Made by a program: the position numbers and the translations under genes. Shown here in pieces: positions 19,133-29,636 of a stretch of 64,000 nt of DNA. How positions within the stretch are numbered: position 1 is the first letter of the stretch; the number at the start of each line of letters is the position of its first letter. The stretch is taken from contig CAYQQK010000003.1 of assembly GCA_964420065.1 (NCBI GenBank), positions 84,525 through 148,524 on the forward strand, read 5' to 3'. The DNA comes from an uncultured Syntrophomonadaceae bacterium (GTDB lineage: Bacteria; Bacillota; Dethiobacteria; DTU022). A model generated the notes under the pieces. It saw only the letters and a program-made list of their open reading frames with translations. It was not told the DNA's origin and ran no database searches.

Positions 19133-20323
19133 ATGTCCAAACGACGTGTCTACATGGATCACGGGGCCACCACGCCACTGCGGGAGGAGGTGCTGGAGGC
19201 GATGTTGCCTTTCCTTAAAGATAACTTTGGCAACCCCTCCAGCATTCACACCTGGGGGCGAGAAACCCGCCGGGCAGTGGAAACGGCACGGGAAAAGATT
19301 GCCGCTACCCTGGGGGCTGAACCTGATGAAATTTGTTTTACCTCCGGGGGCACCGAATCGAATAATATCGCCATTTTCGGGGCCGCCAAGTTGCAGCGCC
19401 GGGGCGGTCATATTATCACCTCCGCTGTTGAACACCACGCCGTTTTCGATGTTTGTCGCGAATTGGCCCAATCCGGTTACCGGGTCACCTTCCTCCCGGT
19501 CGACCGCTTCGGCGAGGTTTCGATGGAGGATCTCCGGGCTGCTTTGGTACCCGATACCTTTCTTATTTCAATCATGACGGCCAACAACGAGGTTGGTACA
19601 TTGCAGCCCGTAGCCGAAATCGGCGCTCTGGCCCGAGAAAAAGGAGTTCTTTTCCACACCGATGCCGTGCAGGCGGTAGGACAGGTTCCGATCAACCTGC
19701 GCGAGTTGCCGATCGATTTCTTGTCCATGTCCGCCCACAAGATTAACGGTCCCAAGGGTACGGGGGCACTCTTCATCCGCCGCGGCGTCAAGGTTGCTTC
19801 CTTGCACCATGGCGGCGGTCAAGAACACCGGCTACGTCCGGGGACCGAGAATGTACCCGGTATTATCGGGCTGGGCCGTGCCCTCGAATTGGCCGGGCCG
19901 GAGATACCGCAAAAAAGCCATCACCTGGCCGCCTTGCGCGATCGCCTCATCCACGGCCTGCTCGCGATCGAGGACGTTTACTTGAACGGTCATCCCAAGC
20001 GGCGTTTGCCGGGCAATGCAAACGTCAGTTTTCGCTATATTGAAGGAGAATCAATTCTTTTAAGCCTTGATCTGCAGGGGGTGGCCGCATCGAGCGGGTC
20101 GGCCTGCACCTCGGGGTCCACCGAGGCTTCCCATGTTCTCACCGCCATGAAGCTGGAACCGGAAAATACTCACGGCTCGGTGCGTTTTTCGCTTGGGCGC
20201 GGTAATACCGTCGATGATGTTGACTATGTTTTACAAATACTGCCGCCGATCGTGACCCGGCTGCGCCGCCTTTCAGCCTACTCCCGGAACCAGGATCGAC
20301 TTACCGGTTGGAAGACATCGTAA
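19133..20323 (+). CDS. iscS: Cysteine desulfurase (NifS/IscS)
   Basis: Class-V aminotransferase: HTDAVQAVG, SMSAHKINGPKGTGALF (PLP Lys), SSGSACTSGS (catalytic Cys loop). Confidence 0.85.
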   Translation: MSKRRVYMDHGATTPLREEVLEAMLPFLKDNFGNPSSIHTWGRETRRAVETAREKIAATLGAEPDEICFTSGGTESNNIAIFGAAKLQRRGGHIITSAVEHHAVFDVCRELAQSGYRVTFLPVDRFGEVSMEDLRAALVPDTFLISIMTANNEVGTLQPVAEIGALAREKGVLFHTDAVQAVGQVPINLRELPIDFLSMSAHKINGPKGTGALFIRRGVKVASLHHGGGQEHRLRPGTENVPGIIGLGRALELAGPEIPQKSHHLAALRDRLIHGLLAIEDVYLNGHPKRRLPGNANVSFRYIEGESILLSLDLQGVAASSGSACTSGSTEASHVLTAMKLEPENTHGSVRFSLGRGNTVDDVDYVLQILPPIVTRLRRLSAYSRNQDRLTGWKTS

Positions 20324-20402
20324 CTGCAGTGCGGGGGGCATCGTTCCCGGGGGACGCCATGCAATCCGATCAATGAAAGTGCAACTGGGGAAGGTGAAAG
20401 CT

Positions 20403-20834
20403 ATGTATACGGAAAAAGTGATGGATCATTTCAACAACCCCCGCAATGTCGGGGAGCTCCCCGGTGCCGACGGCACGGGGGAGGCGGGCAGCTTCAAGTG
20501 CGGCGATACGATGATCCTGCAAATCAAGGTGGACAAGGTTTTCGCAACGGATAATCCCGGGCAGATTGACCAGTCCGGTAAAACCGGCAAAACAAGGGAA
20601 ATCATAGCCGATGTCCGTTTCCGCACCTTCGGCTGCGCCGCCGCCATCGCTTGCAGCAGTATGCTGACCGAGATGGTCAAGGGCATGACTTTGGATGAAG
20701 CCTTGCAGGTCAGCAATGCCGCTGTTGCACAGGAATTGGGTGGGCTGCCCGCGCCCAAAATGCATTGTTCGAACTTGGCTGCGGACGCTCTGCACAATGC
20801 TATCGTCGATTACCGCCGGCGCACCCGGGTCTAG
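20403..20834 (+). CDS. iscU: Fe-S cluster scaffold IscU/NifU, carrying an atypical ~20-aa insertion
   Basis: MYTEKVMDHFNNPRNVG...CGD...FGCAAAIA...MHCS supplies the three Cys and the His. The insertion KVFATDNPGQIDQSGKTGKTRE sits between the IKV and IIADVRF blocks. Confidence 0.8.
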   Translation: MYTEKVMDHFNNPRNVGELPGADGTGEAGSFKCGDTMILQIKVDKVFATDNPGQIDQSGKTGKTREIIADVRFRTFGCAAAIACSSMLTEMVKGMTLDEALQVSNAAVAQELGGLPAPKMHCSNLAADALHNAIVDYRRRTRV

Positions 20835-20848
20835 CAAATAGCTTCAGC

Positions 20849-20876
20849 TTCATAAACGATCCCTCCGGGCATATAC
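20849..20876 (+). promoter_or_regulatory. Candidate sigmaE-type promoter for spoIIP (TCATAAA-13 nt-CATATACA)
   Basis: Resembles the B. subtilis sigmaE consensus (-35 kmATATT, -10 CATACAnT). Pattern match only. Confidence 0.2.
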
Positions 20877-20923
20877 ATTAGTATTGCATCGCCCGGGAGG
20901 AAACTTAGCTGAGCACCCCCGTT

Positions 20924-22069
20924 GTGAACTGGACGAGCCGTAAACGGAACGGCCGGCGCCGCTCCTATCAAAACAAAAAGGACTATTGCCTGCCGGCCGT
21001 TGTCACACTCTTTTTTTTAATTCTATTTTTTTGGCAGGGCCCTCTTTCCGGCCGGTTTGCCCTGCCGGATTTCGCTTCCGAAGAAGTACTTTCCCAAAGC
21101 GGCGGTTTACGCGAGTTCCAGGAGGATAACCCCGCTACCGAAGGTGAAGGCATCATCCTTTTTTTGCAAAAGGTACTCGGGGACACGCTGCCCGGTTTGA
21201 CCCCTCCGCCATGGTCGTTTGAAACCGTGCTTCGGGGGGCGGCCTTTTCTCTTTTTAAAGGCATGACCGGGGCGGATCCACGGGTTCCCTGTTCTTTTCT
21301 TGATCGTGAGCTGGGTGCAGGATCCGGGATCCACCTGCCGGTGTTTCTGGACTTTCCGGATCATTCCCTCCCTGAAAGCGCCGCCCATCCATCCCCTTCG
21401 ACCGACCCGGAAAACCCCGGGAACGGGGAGCCGGGCCCCGTTCGCCCTGATTATCCTTTTGTTCCCGGCAGCCGACCCGAGATCCTGATTTACCATACCC
21501 ATATTACCGAAACTTTTGTCCCAGATGCACAGATGATTTATACCGAAAACCTGGAACTGACCGTGGCCCGGCTCGGTGCGGAACTGGCCTTGTTACTGGA
21601 AGAGCAGTACGGCCTGCCGTTGCTTCACCATACCGGGGTTTACGATCTGCCGCGTCATTTAAGTTATGAAAAGGCCCGGCCGGCTCTGAAACAATTGTTG
21701 CTTGAAAACAGTGACCTGCGCCTGGTGGTGGACCTGCACCGGGATGGGGTGGCACGAGAAGTAACCACGGTTACCCTGGGTGGGGTGACCTACGGCAAGA
21801 TCTTGCTGGTTGTGGGAACCGGTTTCCCGGATTACCAGTACAACCTCAATGTTTCCTTGCACTTGCACCGTGAATTGGAAAGCCTGTTGCCCGGTTTGAG
21901 TCGGGGGGTACGCCAACAACCTTTTATTTACAATCAGGACCTGTGCCCCTGTTCGATTCTGGTCGAGGTGGGCGGTCATGAAAACAGCCTGGCCGAAGTC
22001 TCCGCAGCCCTGCCCTTCCTGGCCGAAGCACTGGCCCGGACTTACTACGCTTTCTTTCAAGCCGGCTGA
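20924..22069 (+). CDS. spoIIP: Stage II sporulation protein P (SpoIIP)
   Basis: N-terminal TM plus the SpoIIP amidase-like domain (ILIYHTHITETF...VVDLHRDG...ILVEVGGHENS). Confidence 0.8.
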   Translation: MNWTSRKRNGRRRSYQNKKDYCLPAVVTLFFLILFFWQGPLSGRFALPDFASEEVLSQSGGLREFQEDNPATEGEGIILFLQKVLGDTLPGLTPPPWSFETVLRGAAFSLFKGMTGADPRVPCSFLDRELGAGSGIHLPVFLDFPDHSLPESAAHPSPSTDPENPGNGEPGPVRPDYPFVPGSRPEILIYHTHITETFVPDAQMIYTENLELTVARLGAELALLLEEQYGLPLLHHTGVYDLPRHLSYEKARPALKQLLLENSDLRLVVDLHRDGVAREVTTVTLGGVTYGKILLVVGTGFPDYQYNLNVSLHLHRELESLLPGLSRGVRQQPFIYNQDLCPCSILVEVGGHENSLAEVSAALPFLAEALARTYYAFFQAG

Positions 22070-22129
22070 ATAGGAGGCGCGGCAGTCGTTTATCCTTATT
22101 AATAATGGCCCTGGAAAGGAGAACGGCTT

Positions 22130-22411
22130 TTGCGCTCTGCCGGAATCGGTTTTTGTTGCGTCTTGCTGGCGTTGCTTTTGCTATACAGTGGGCTTGCCGT
22201 AACCGAAAAAGGGGTTCATGAATTGCTGGGCCTGCAGCGGCAACCCGCTGCTTTCCGTATTAGCCTTGGGCCGGTCGGAGAACCGTTGCTGGTGTTCGGC
22301 GGCCGGCCCGTACCGCTCAACCCAACCGGGTGGGTTACACAGGCGGGAAAATGGCGGGTAGAATTCCGGCATTTTTTCGGCGACAGGAATCTTGACAAAG
22401 CGGAAAGATGA
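22130..22411 (+). CDS. Hypothetical small secreted or membrane protein
   Basis: 93-aa ORF with a signal-like N-terminus. No recognisable family. Could be spurious in high-GC DNA. Confidence 0.25.
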   Translation: MRSAGIGFCCVLLALLLLYSGLAVTEKGVHELLGLQRQPAAFRISLGPVGEPLLVFGGRPVPLNPTGWVTQAGKWRVEFRHFFGDRNLDKAER

Positions 22412-22431
22412 TGATATTTTTTAACAGGGGA

Positions 22432-22458
22432 TTAGCACTCTCATTTATCGAGTGCTAA
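22432..22458. promoter_or_regulatory. CIRCE operator (HrcA binding site)
   Basis: TTAGCACTC-TCATTTATC-GAGTGCTAA matches the CIRCE consensus TTAGCACTC-N9-GAGTGCTAA exactly, 34 bp upstream of hrcA. Confidence 0.9.
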
Positions 22459-22491
22459 GGCGGAATTCAAAACAGGGGGGAGGAGGGCGGG

Positions 22492-23529
22492 GTGCAACTA
22501 CTGAACGAACGCAAACGGCGTATTCTTCGGGCCGTGGTGCATAGTTATACCGCTACGGCAGAACCGGTTGGTTCGCGCACTATCGCCCGGACGTACCGTA
22601 TCGGAATCAGTTCGGCCACCATTCGCAATGAAATGGCCGACCTGGAAGAGATGGGATATCTGGAACAACCCCATACCTCGGCCGGACGGATCCCTTCCGA
22701 TCGGGGCTACCGTTACTATGTCGATAACCTGATGGATGAGCCCGCCCTTGATCCTGCGGAAGCCAGGGCCGTGGTTAAGCTCATGAGCGGAGAAAAAATT
22801 CTGGAGATTGAAAAGATCATTTTGAACGCTTGCCGCGTTTTATCGTCCATTACCAACCACACCACCCTGATCATGGGGCCCCAGTTCCGTAAAAGTGCTT
22901 TCCGGCAGATGCGTATTTTGCCCCTGGACGACAGGCGCGGGTTGGTGGTGCTGATTACCGATACCGGTTTCATCAAGAATAAGGTGATCGACCTGCCCCA
23001 TACCCTGAGCCAGACCGAACTGCATCAGGTGGTGGGTTATCTTAACCAGAAGCTGTACGGGTTGACCATCGATCAGGTCACCTTTTCTTTGATTAATGAG
23101 CTCAAACGCGATCTTTTCCGGCGTCTCGAGATCCTGGAACAGGCTTTCATGCTCCTGGAGGAAAGCCTGGAAGAAGAAGAACAGGTCCGGGTCTATCTTG
23201 GGGGAACGACCAACATTTTGAACCAGCCGGAATTCAAGAATGTCGATAAAATCAGGCAGTTACTATCCCTGTTTGAACAGGAACAACTGCTTTGCCGGAT
23301 TCTCGAAAGCGGTGCGGGCGGTGAAGGACCGGCCGTTTTTATCGGCCGGGAGAATGTCATGGCCGATATCCAGGAGTGTACCTTGATCACCGCTGCTTAC
23401 AAAGTAAATGAAAAGACCCTGGGCATCGTCGGCGTTTTGGGACCGACCAGGATGGCCTACCGGCGCGTGATCGGAGCGCTGTGCTGCCTGGTGGAAAATT
23501 TGAACAATATCCTTAGCACCCAGCGCTAA
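22492..23529 (+). CDS. hrcA: Heat-inducible transcription repressor HrcA
   Basis: N-terminal wHTH (LNERKRRILRAVVHSY...EPVGSRTIA) and ~345 aa. First gene of the dnaK operon. Confidence 0.9.
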   Translation: MQLLNERKRRILRAVVHSYTATAEPVGSRTIARTYRIGISSATIRNEMADLEEMGYLEQPHTSAGRIPSDRGYRYYVDNLMDEPALDPAEARAVVKLMSGEKILEIEKIILNACRVLSSITNHTTLIMGPQFRKSAFRQMRILPLDDRRGLVVLITDTGFIKNKVIDLPHTLSQTELHQVVGYLNQKLYGLTIDQVTFSLINELKRDLFRRLEILEQAFMLLEESLEEEEQVRVYLGGTTNILNQPEFKNVDKIRQLLSLFEQEQLLCRILESGAGGEGPAVFIGRENVMADIQECTLITAAYKVNEKTLGIVGVLGPTRMAYRRVIGALCCLVENLNNILSTQR

Positions 23530-23564
23530 AACATGGTTTCTACCATCCAGTTGGGGAAGGCGGT

Positions 23565-24203
23565 GTGATTTTGAACGAAGTGGACAGGGAAAAAGAAGGG
23601 GTGAACGGCGCTGCCGGGCAAACTCCTCCGGACTGTTGCTCCTCCGGGCACGAACCGAACGAGAAATGTGTTGATGTCGGTACGGGACGGGTGCAGGAAT
23701 CCGGCGCGGCGGTAACGACGGAAAAACCGGCGGAGCAGGGGTGCGATCCCCTGGAAGAAACTCGCCGGGAATGGGAACGCGAAAAGGATGAGCTGACTGA
23801 CCGGTTGCTGCGCCAGAGGGCGGACTATGAAAATTATAAACGTATCCACCGCCAGGAACTCGAACGCTCCCGGGATGACGCCGTTTCCGATTTTATCAAG
23901 GGGCTTCTACCGGTTCTTGATAATCTGGAGCGGGCTCTTGATGCGGCCCGGCAAGAAAAAGGGTTGCCGCCGGCGTACACCGAAGGGCTTGATCTGATTT
24001 ACGGGCAGCTTCTAAAACTGTTGGAACAGGAAGGGGTTACCGCGATCGTTGCGGAAGGAAAACCCTTCGATCCCCTTTTTCACCATGCGGTTGTCCGTGC
24101 CGGGGAAGGGGAAGGCGAGCCTGGAATCGTGGCCGAAGAGTTGTGCCGGGGTTATCTGTACCGGGAGCATGTCTTGCGCCCGGCCATGGTCAAGGTATTT
24201 TAA
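23565..24203 (+). CDS. grpE: Nucleotide exchange factor GrpE
   Basis: LRQRADYENYKRI...VLDNLERAL...PFDPLFHHAV is the GrpE signature. GTG start. Confidence 0.9.
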   Translation: MILNEVDREKEGVNGAAGQTPPDCCSSGHEPNEKCVDVGTGRVQESGAAVTTEKPAEQGCDPLEETRREWEREKDELTDRLLRQRADYENYKRIHRQELERSRDDAVSDFIKGLLPVLDNLERALDAARQEKGLPPAYTEGLDLIYGQLLKLLEQEGVTAIVAEGKPFDPLFHHAVVRAGEGEGEPGIVAEELCRGYLYREHVLRPAMVKVF

Positions 24204-24243
24204 AATAGGCTTCGATCATTAACGGTATTCGGGAGGTATGGAA

Positions 24244-26112
24244 ATGGGTAAAGTAATCGGAATAGACCTGGGCACCACCAATTCGGTGGTGGCCGTAATG
24301 ATGGGCAGCGACCCTGAAATTATTGCCAATGCCGAGGGGAGCCGTCTCACGCCTTCGGCCGTAGCTTTCACCAAGGATGGCCAGCGTTTGGTAGGGCAGG
24401 TGGCCCGACGCCAGGCGATCACGAACCCGGAACGCACCATCCAGTCGATCAAACGCGAAATGGGCACCTCTTTTCGGGTCAACGTCGATGGTAAGGAATA
24501 TACACCCCAGGAACTGTCGGCCATGGTTCTGCAAAAATTAAAAACCGATGCCGAAAGTTTCCTCGGTGAAAAAATTACTCAGGCGGTGATTACTGTCCCC
24601 GCCTATTTCACCGATGCGCAGCGCCAGGCGACAAAGGATGCGGGGAAGATTGCCGGTCTGGAAGTGTTACGGATCATCAACGAGCCGACTGCGGCCGCTC
24701 TTGCTTACGGTCTCGACAAAACGGGGGACCAGAAGGTGCTCGTGTTTGACCTGGGCGGAGGCACGTTTGACGTTTCTATTTTGGAGATGGGTGATGGGGT
24801 CCTGGAAGTACGGGCGACCAGCGGCAACAACCGTCTCGGCGGGGATGACTTTGATGAGCGGGTCATCGATTACATCGCCACGGAATTCAAAAAAGATCAC
24901 GGGATTGATCTTCGTCAGGACCGTATGGCACTGCAACGGCTCAAAGAGGCGGCCGAAAAGGCCAAGATCGAACTTTCCACGGTGACCACAACTACACTGA
25001 ACCTGCCTTTTATCACTGCGACCCAGGATGGCCCGAAACACCTCGATCTGACCCTGTCCCGGGCCAAATTTGATGAGCTTACCACCGATCTGGTTGAAAA
25101 AACCATGGGCCCGACCCGGCAGGCTCTTGCCGATGCCGGCTTGAAGGTCGAACAGATTGACCGGATTCTACTGGTGGGGGGGTCCACACGTATTCCCGCG
25201 GTGCAGGAGGCAATCCACAAACTTTTGGGCAAGGAACCGCACAAGGGGGTCAACCCCGATGAAGTTGTGTCTCTCGGGGCGGCCTATCAGGCGGGGGTTC
25301 TTTCGGGTGAAGCAAAGGATGTGCTGCTCCTTGATGTTACCCCTCTTTCCTTGGGCATTGAAACCCTGGGCGGGGTGAGTACCCGCATCATCGAACGCAA
25401 TACCACAATTCCGACAACGAAAAAACAGGTCTTTTCCACTGCGGCCGACGGCCAGCCCAGCGTCGAAATCCATGTCTTGCAGGGTGAGCGGTCCATGGCC
25501 GCGGACAATATCACCCTGGGACGCTTCATGCTCGACGGCATTCCGCCTGCTCCCCGGGGCGTTCCCCAGATCGAAGTCAGTTTTGATATTGATGCCAACG
25601 GTATTGTTAACGTATCGGCAAAGGATCTGGGGACGGGGAAAGAGCAAAAGATTACCATAACCGGTTCAGGTGGCCTGGACAAGGACAAAATTGAACGCAT
25701 GGTGCGGGATTCCCAGAAATTTGCGGAGGAAGATCGTAAGCGCCGCGAACTGGTAGATGCCCGGAACCAGGCCGATGCTGCGGCCTACAGCGCGGAAAAA
25801 TCCCTGAAGGATCTCGGTGAAAAGGTAGATCCGGCCAAAGTCGAAGAGGTGCGCCGTGCCATCAGCGAAGCCAGGGAAGCAACGGCCGGCGATGACCTGG
25901 AACGGATCAAAAAGACTACCGAAAAGCTCAATGGTCACATGCATGAGCTCTCAACCAAACTTTACGAACAGGCGCGACAGCAGCAACAACAAGCTGCAGG
26001 CGGCGGTGCGGCTCCCGAGGGTTCTGCCGGGTCTGCGGAAGAAGGGGACGGGACCGGGGCCGAAAATGTGGTTGATGCCGACTTTGATATCAAAGATGAA
26101 AAGAAAGAGTAG
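24244..26112 (+). CDS. dnaK: Chaperone DnaK (Hsp70)
   Basis: [50 protein letters not shown] 24244 is better spaced from GGGAGG than ATG 24238. Confidence 0.95.
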   Translation: MGKVIGIDLGTTNSVVAVMMGSDPEIIANAEGSRLTPSAVAFTKDGQRLVGQVARRQAITNPERTIQSIKREMGTSFRVNVDGKEYTPQELSAMVLQKLKTDAESFLGEKITQAVITVPAYFTDAQRQATKDAGKIAGLEVLRIINEPTAAALAYGLDKTGDQKVLVFDLGGGTFDVSILEMGDGVLEVRATSGNNRLGGDDFDERVIDYIATEFKKDHGIDLRQDRMALQRLKEAAEKAKIELSTVTTTTLNLPFITATQDGPKHLDLTLSRAKFDELTTDLVEKTMGPTRQALADAGLKVEQIDRILLVGGSTRIPAVQEAIHKLLGKEPHKGVNPDEVVSLGAAYQAGVLSGEAKDVLLLDVTPLSLGIETLGGVSTRIIERNTTIPTTKKQVFSTAADGQPSVEIHVLQGERSMAADNITLGRFMLDGIPPAPRGVPQIEVSFDIDANGIVNVSAKDLGTGKEQKITITGSGGLDKDKIERMVRDSQKFAEEDRKRRELVDARNQADAAAYSAEKSLKDLGEKVDPAKVEEVRRAISEAREATAGDDLERIKKTTEKLNGHMHELSTKLYEQARQQQQQAAGGGAAPEGSAGSAEEGDGTGAENVVDADFDIKDEKKE

Positions 26113-26156
26113 AACCGGGCCGGTCGGGCCAATGCGGGTAAAGGATGACGGGAAAC

Positions 26157-27293
26157 ATGTCTAAACGGGATTACTACGAAGTGCTTGGGGTTGGCCGTGA
26201 CGCCCCGCCGGAAGAGATCAAAAGGGCTTACCGGAAACTGGCCCGCAAGTACCATCCCGATTTTAATCCCGGCAACCCGGGAGCAGAAGAGAATTTCAAA
26301 GAAGTTAAAGAAGCCTATGATATTTTAAGTGATCCCCAAAAACGAACCGGTTACGATCAGTTTGGCCACCGGGCTGAAGTTTTTGGCGGTTTCGGACGAC
26401 AGGCGGGAGGTTTTGGAGCGGATTTTGGCTTTGAAGATATTTTTGAAAGTTTCTTTGGCAGTTTTGGCGGGGGAGTTGAGCGGCGTCGCCCGGGGCCGGA
26501 GCGGGGAACCGACTTGCGCCATGACCTGGAAATAACCCTGGAGGAAGCTTATCGTGGTGGAGAAAGGGAAATTTCGGTACCGCGAACCGAGGTCTGCCCC
26601 GAATGCAAAGGATCCCGTTGCCGGGGCGGGGCCAGGCCCGAAACCTGTCCCTCCTGCAAGGGCAGCGGGCAGCAACAGTTTACTCGCAGTACCGTATTTG
26701 GCCGGTTTATGAGCGTGCAGCCCTGCGGGCAGTGCCACGGCGAAGGGACAATAGTGATCGATCCTTGCCCACGGTGCCGGGCCCAGGGGCGGGTGGTGGT
26801 GGAACGACGCATTGTTTTGAAAATCCCGCCCGGTGTGGACAGCGGTTCACGCCTGCGGGTGAGCGGGGGCGGTGAAGCGGGGTTCCGTGGCGGCCCGCCC
26901 GGTGATCTTTATGTTTTTATTACTGTCAGGCCGCACAAACGCTTCCTTCGCGAAGGAGATGATATTGTTCTTGAACTTCCCGTTTCCATGACTCAGGCTG
27001 CCCTGGGAACCGAGCTGAAAACGCCCACCCTCGATGGCCCCGAGATCTTGCGTATACCGGCGGGGACACAACCGGGGACCGTGTTTCGCTTGCGGGGTAA
27101 AGGTATGCCCCGTCTGCGCGGTGGGGGCCGGGGTGACCAGCGTATACTGGTTCAGGTGGCGATTCCGAAACGGCTCAATACCCGTGAAAAAGAATTACTG
27201 CAAGAGCTCGCTTCCTTGAGGGGGGAGAGGAGCGGGGGCGGGGAGAAGGGTTTTATCGATCGCATGAAAGACGCTCTCGGGGGGACCTCCTGA
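26157..27293 (+). CDS. dnaJ: Co-chaperone DnaJ
   Basis: J domain (DYYEVLGV...[13 protein letters not shown]), a G/F region and four CxxCxGxG zinc-finger repeats. Confidence 0.9.
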   Translation: MSKRDYYEVLGVGRDAPPEEIKRAYRKLARKYHPDFNPGNPGAEENFKEVKEAYDILSDPQKRTGYDQFGHRAEVFGGFGRQAGGFGADFGFEDIFESFFGSFGGGVERRRPGPERGTDLRHDLEITLEEAYRGGEREISVPRTEVCPECKGSRCRGGARPETCPSCKGSGQQQFTRSTVFGRFMSVQPCGQCHGEGTIVIDPCPRCRAQGRVVVERRIVLKIPPGVDSGSRLRVSGGGEAGFRGGPPGDLYVFITVRPHKRFLREGDDIVLELPVSMTQAALGTELKTPTLDGPEILRIPAGTQPGTVFRLRGKGMPRLRGGGRGDQRILVQVAIPKRLNTREKELLQELASLRGERSGGGEKGFIDRMKDALGGTS

Positions 27294-27379
27294 CGAATTT
27301 ACCAACGGGGGGAGAAGACCGGAGCGGCAGCGATAGGGGGCTTTTATAACTGCACCAATTCTTTCTTGAAGGTCAGTTT

Positions 27380-28102
27380 TTGAAACCGGGAGGCGAGGCG
27401 GTCCTCTCCCCGGAAGACTCGCGCCATGCCGCGGCGGTCCTGCGCCTGAAAACGGGGCAAACAATCCGTGTCGGCGACGGGTGCGGCGCGGTTTTCAAGG
27501 GGACCGTCATTTCCGCCACCCCTTCCGCAGTTCGGATTAGCCTCGGCGAACCGCTTTTTGCAGCCGAACCTGCTTTTCAACTAACCCTGTTCCAGGCGTT
27601 GGTCAAGGGGGAAAAACTGGATCTGATCGTCCGTCAGGCGACGGAATTGGGAGTAAAACGGATCGTCCCGGTGTATACCGCGCGCAGCGTCCCCCGGTGG
27701 GATGAACGGAAGGAGTTGCGCCGCCTGGCACGGCTGCGAGCGATTTCCAGGGGGGCGGCGGCCCAATGTCGTCGTGCTGTGATCCCGGCGGTTGAACCGG
27801 TATGCTCACTTGTCCGGGCGATCGCGATCGCTTCCACCGGGGCCCTATTGTTTCCGTGGGAAGATGAACATAAAGTATCTCTGGGGGACTTGCTGCGGGA
27901 GACCGTCTTTCACGGTCCTGTTTCTGTCTTTACCGGTCCCGAAGGAGGCTTTACTCTGTCCGAGGCTGCGGCACTTGTTGCGGCGGGGGCAATACCGGTC
28001 CACCTGGGACCGCGAATTTTACGCTCCGAAACGGCGGCTGCGGTCGCATGTACACTGATCCAGGCAGTGCGGGGCGATCTTGAAAACGGGGAAATACAAT
28101 GA
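27380..28102 (+). CDS. rsmE: 16S rRNA (uracil1498-N3)-methyltransferase RsmE
   Basis: PUA-like N-terminus and a SPOUT C-terminus (LFQALVKGEKLDLIVRQATELGV...VFTGPEGGFT). TTG start. Order dnaJ-rsmE-mtaB as in B. subtilis, but prmA is absent. Confidence 0.8.
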   Translation: MKPGGEAVLSPEDSRHAAAVLRLKTGQTIRVGDGCGAVFKGTVISATPSAVRISLGEPLFAAEPAFQLTLFQALVKGEKLDLIVRQATELGVKRIVPVYTARSVPRWDERKELRRLARLRAISRGAAAQCRRAVIPAVEPVCSLVRAIAIASTGALLFPWEDEHKVSLGDLLRETVFHGPVSVFTGPEGGFTLSEAAALVAAGAIPVHLGPRILRSETAAAVACTLIQAVRGDLENGEIQ

Positions 28103-29418
28103 AAACGGTGGCCTTTTACACACTGGGGTGCAAGGTGAACTACGCCGAAACTGAATCGTTGCAGGCATTGTTTGAAAAAGCCGGTTACCGGATCACCGAT
28201 TTTAAACAAAAAGCCGACGTTTACGTGATCAACACCTGTACCGTAACCCGGATCAGTGATCATAAATCACGGAAAATGATCCGCCGGGCTTGCCGCCGCT
28301 TTCCCGACAGCCGGATTGTAGTGACCGGGTGCTATGCCCAGGGTTTTCCGGAAGAAATATGCCGCCTTGAGGGGATCGATCTGGTCATCGGAACCCACGG
28401 ACGGGAGAAACTGCCCGCATTGCTTGAAACCTTGCCCCGGGGACAGATGCATAACCTGGTCCAACCTTTTCCCGCAAAAACCCTTTTTGAAAGGATGCCC
28501 CCGACGGCGCGTTACGGACGGACTCGTGGGTTTTTAAAAATTCAGGAAGGGTGTCATGCCGGATGCAGTTATTGCATCGTCCCGTTTGTGCGCGGTCCGT
28601 TGCGATCACTTTCCCCCGACGAGGTCATGGAGCGAGCCCGCTGCATGGTGCGGGGCGGTTACCGGGAAATTGTTCTCACCGGGACTCATCTCGGTCTCTA
28701 CGGCGCGGGGATCTCCGGGGTTAGTTTGGCCGGGCTGCTCGGAGAGTTGGAAACCGTTACCGGCCTGTCCCGCCTGCGGCTCAGTTCCCTCGAACCGGCC
28801 GATGTCACCGGCGAACTGGTGGAGCGGATCGTTCGATCACCCCTGATCTGCCCTCACCTGCACCTGCCCCTGCAGAGCGGTGATGAAGAAATTCTGGAAT
28901 GGATGGGTCGTAACTATACGGCCAGGGAATATGCTTACCTGGTGCGCTGGCTGCGGCAAAATAAACCCGATCTGGCCATCAGCGCCGACGTCATGGTGGG
29001 CTTCCCCGGGGAGAGTCCCCAACACCACCGTCGCAGCCTCGAATTTGTAGGGCGGATGGGATTCAGCTGCTTGCATGTGTTTATTTATTCCGCCCGCCCC
29101 GGCACCCCCGCCGCCTTGCTTCCCGATTCGACAAGCGCAGCCGAAAAAGAGAAGCGCAGCCGCGAAATGATCGCCCTGGGGCGGCAGGCCGCCCATATTT
29201 TCCGCCACCGCTTCATCGGAACGGTACAGGAAGTGTTGGTCGAACAGGTCCTCTCTTCTTCCCTTGCGGCAGGATTTACACCGCATTATCTCCGTGTCAA
29301 AATCCCTTTGAACGGCAAAGCAAACCCGCGGCGAGGTGCTCTCGTGCCGGTTTTGATCGAAAGTGAAAACGAAGAAATCCTGTTCGGCCGGGTGGACGGG
29401 TTTGGTTGCCAGGGCTAA
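28099..29418 (+). CDS. mtaB: tRNA methylthiotransferase MtaB (radical SAM MiaB-like, YqeV)
   Basis: UPF0004 N-terminal Cys triad (YTLGCKVN...INTCTVT...VTGCYAQ), radical-SAM CHAGCSYC and a TRAM C-terminus. ATGA overlap with rsmE. Confidence 0.8.
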   Translation: MKTVAFYTLGCKVNYAETESLQALFEKAGYRITDFKQKADVYVINTCTVTRISDHKSRKMIRRACRRFPDSRIVVTGCYAQGFPEEICRLEGIDLVIGTHGREKLPALLETLPRGQMHNLVQPFPAKTLFERMPPTARYGRTRGFLKIQEGCHAGCSYCIVPFVRGPLRSLSPDEVMERARCMVRGGYREIVLTGTHLGLYGAGISGVSLAGLLGELETVTGLSRLRLSSLEPADVTGELVERIVRSPLICPHLHLPLQSGDEEILEWMGRNYTAREYAYLVRWLRQNKPDLAISADVMVGFPGESPQHHRRSLEFVGRMGFSCLHVFIYSARPGTPAALLPDSTSAAEKEKRSREMIALGRQAAHIFRHRFIGTVQEVLVEQVLSSSLAAGFTPHYLRVKIPLNGKANPRRGALVPVLIESENEEILFGRVDGFGCQG

Positions 29419-29453
29419 CCAAAAAGAGATTTTGTAAAACATTGCCGGCCCAT

Positions 29454-29636
29454 GATTGCCAGCGCAATTCCCGGATGAAATCCGGGACGATCGCCTCCAG
29501 ATCATAGCCGGTTTTCCAGCCCCAGTCGGCCAGAGCCACGGATTCGTCCATTGTTGTAAAGAACGTTTCCGGCAATGACAATCTGTTTTAGTTTCCCGGC
29601 GATAGCCAGATCAACATCCCGGTAAAGCCCCATCTT
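29454..29636 (-). pseudogene. Frameshifted remnant of the C-terminus of an NAD-dependent sugar epimerase/dehydratase
   Basis: Two minus-strand frames give MGLYRDVDLAIAGKLKQIVIAGNV and, shifted, ...ALADWGWKTGYDLEAIVPDFIRELRWQ, which resembles epimerase C-terminal blocks. No intact N-terminal Rossmann part exists. Confidence 0.3.
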
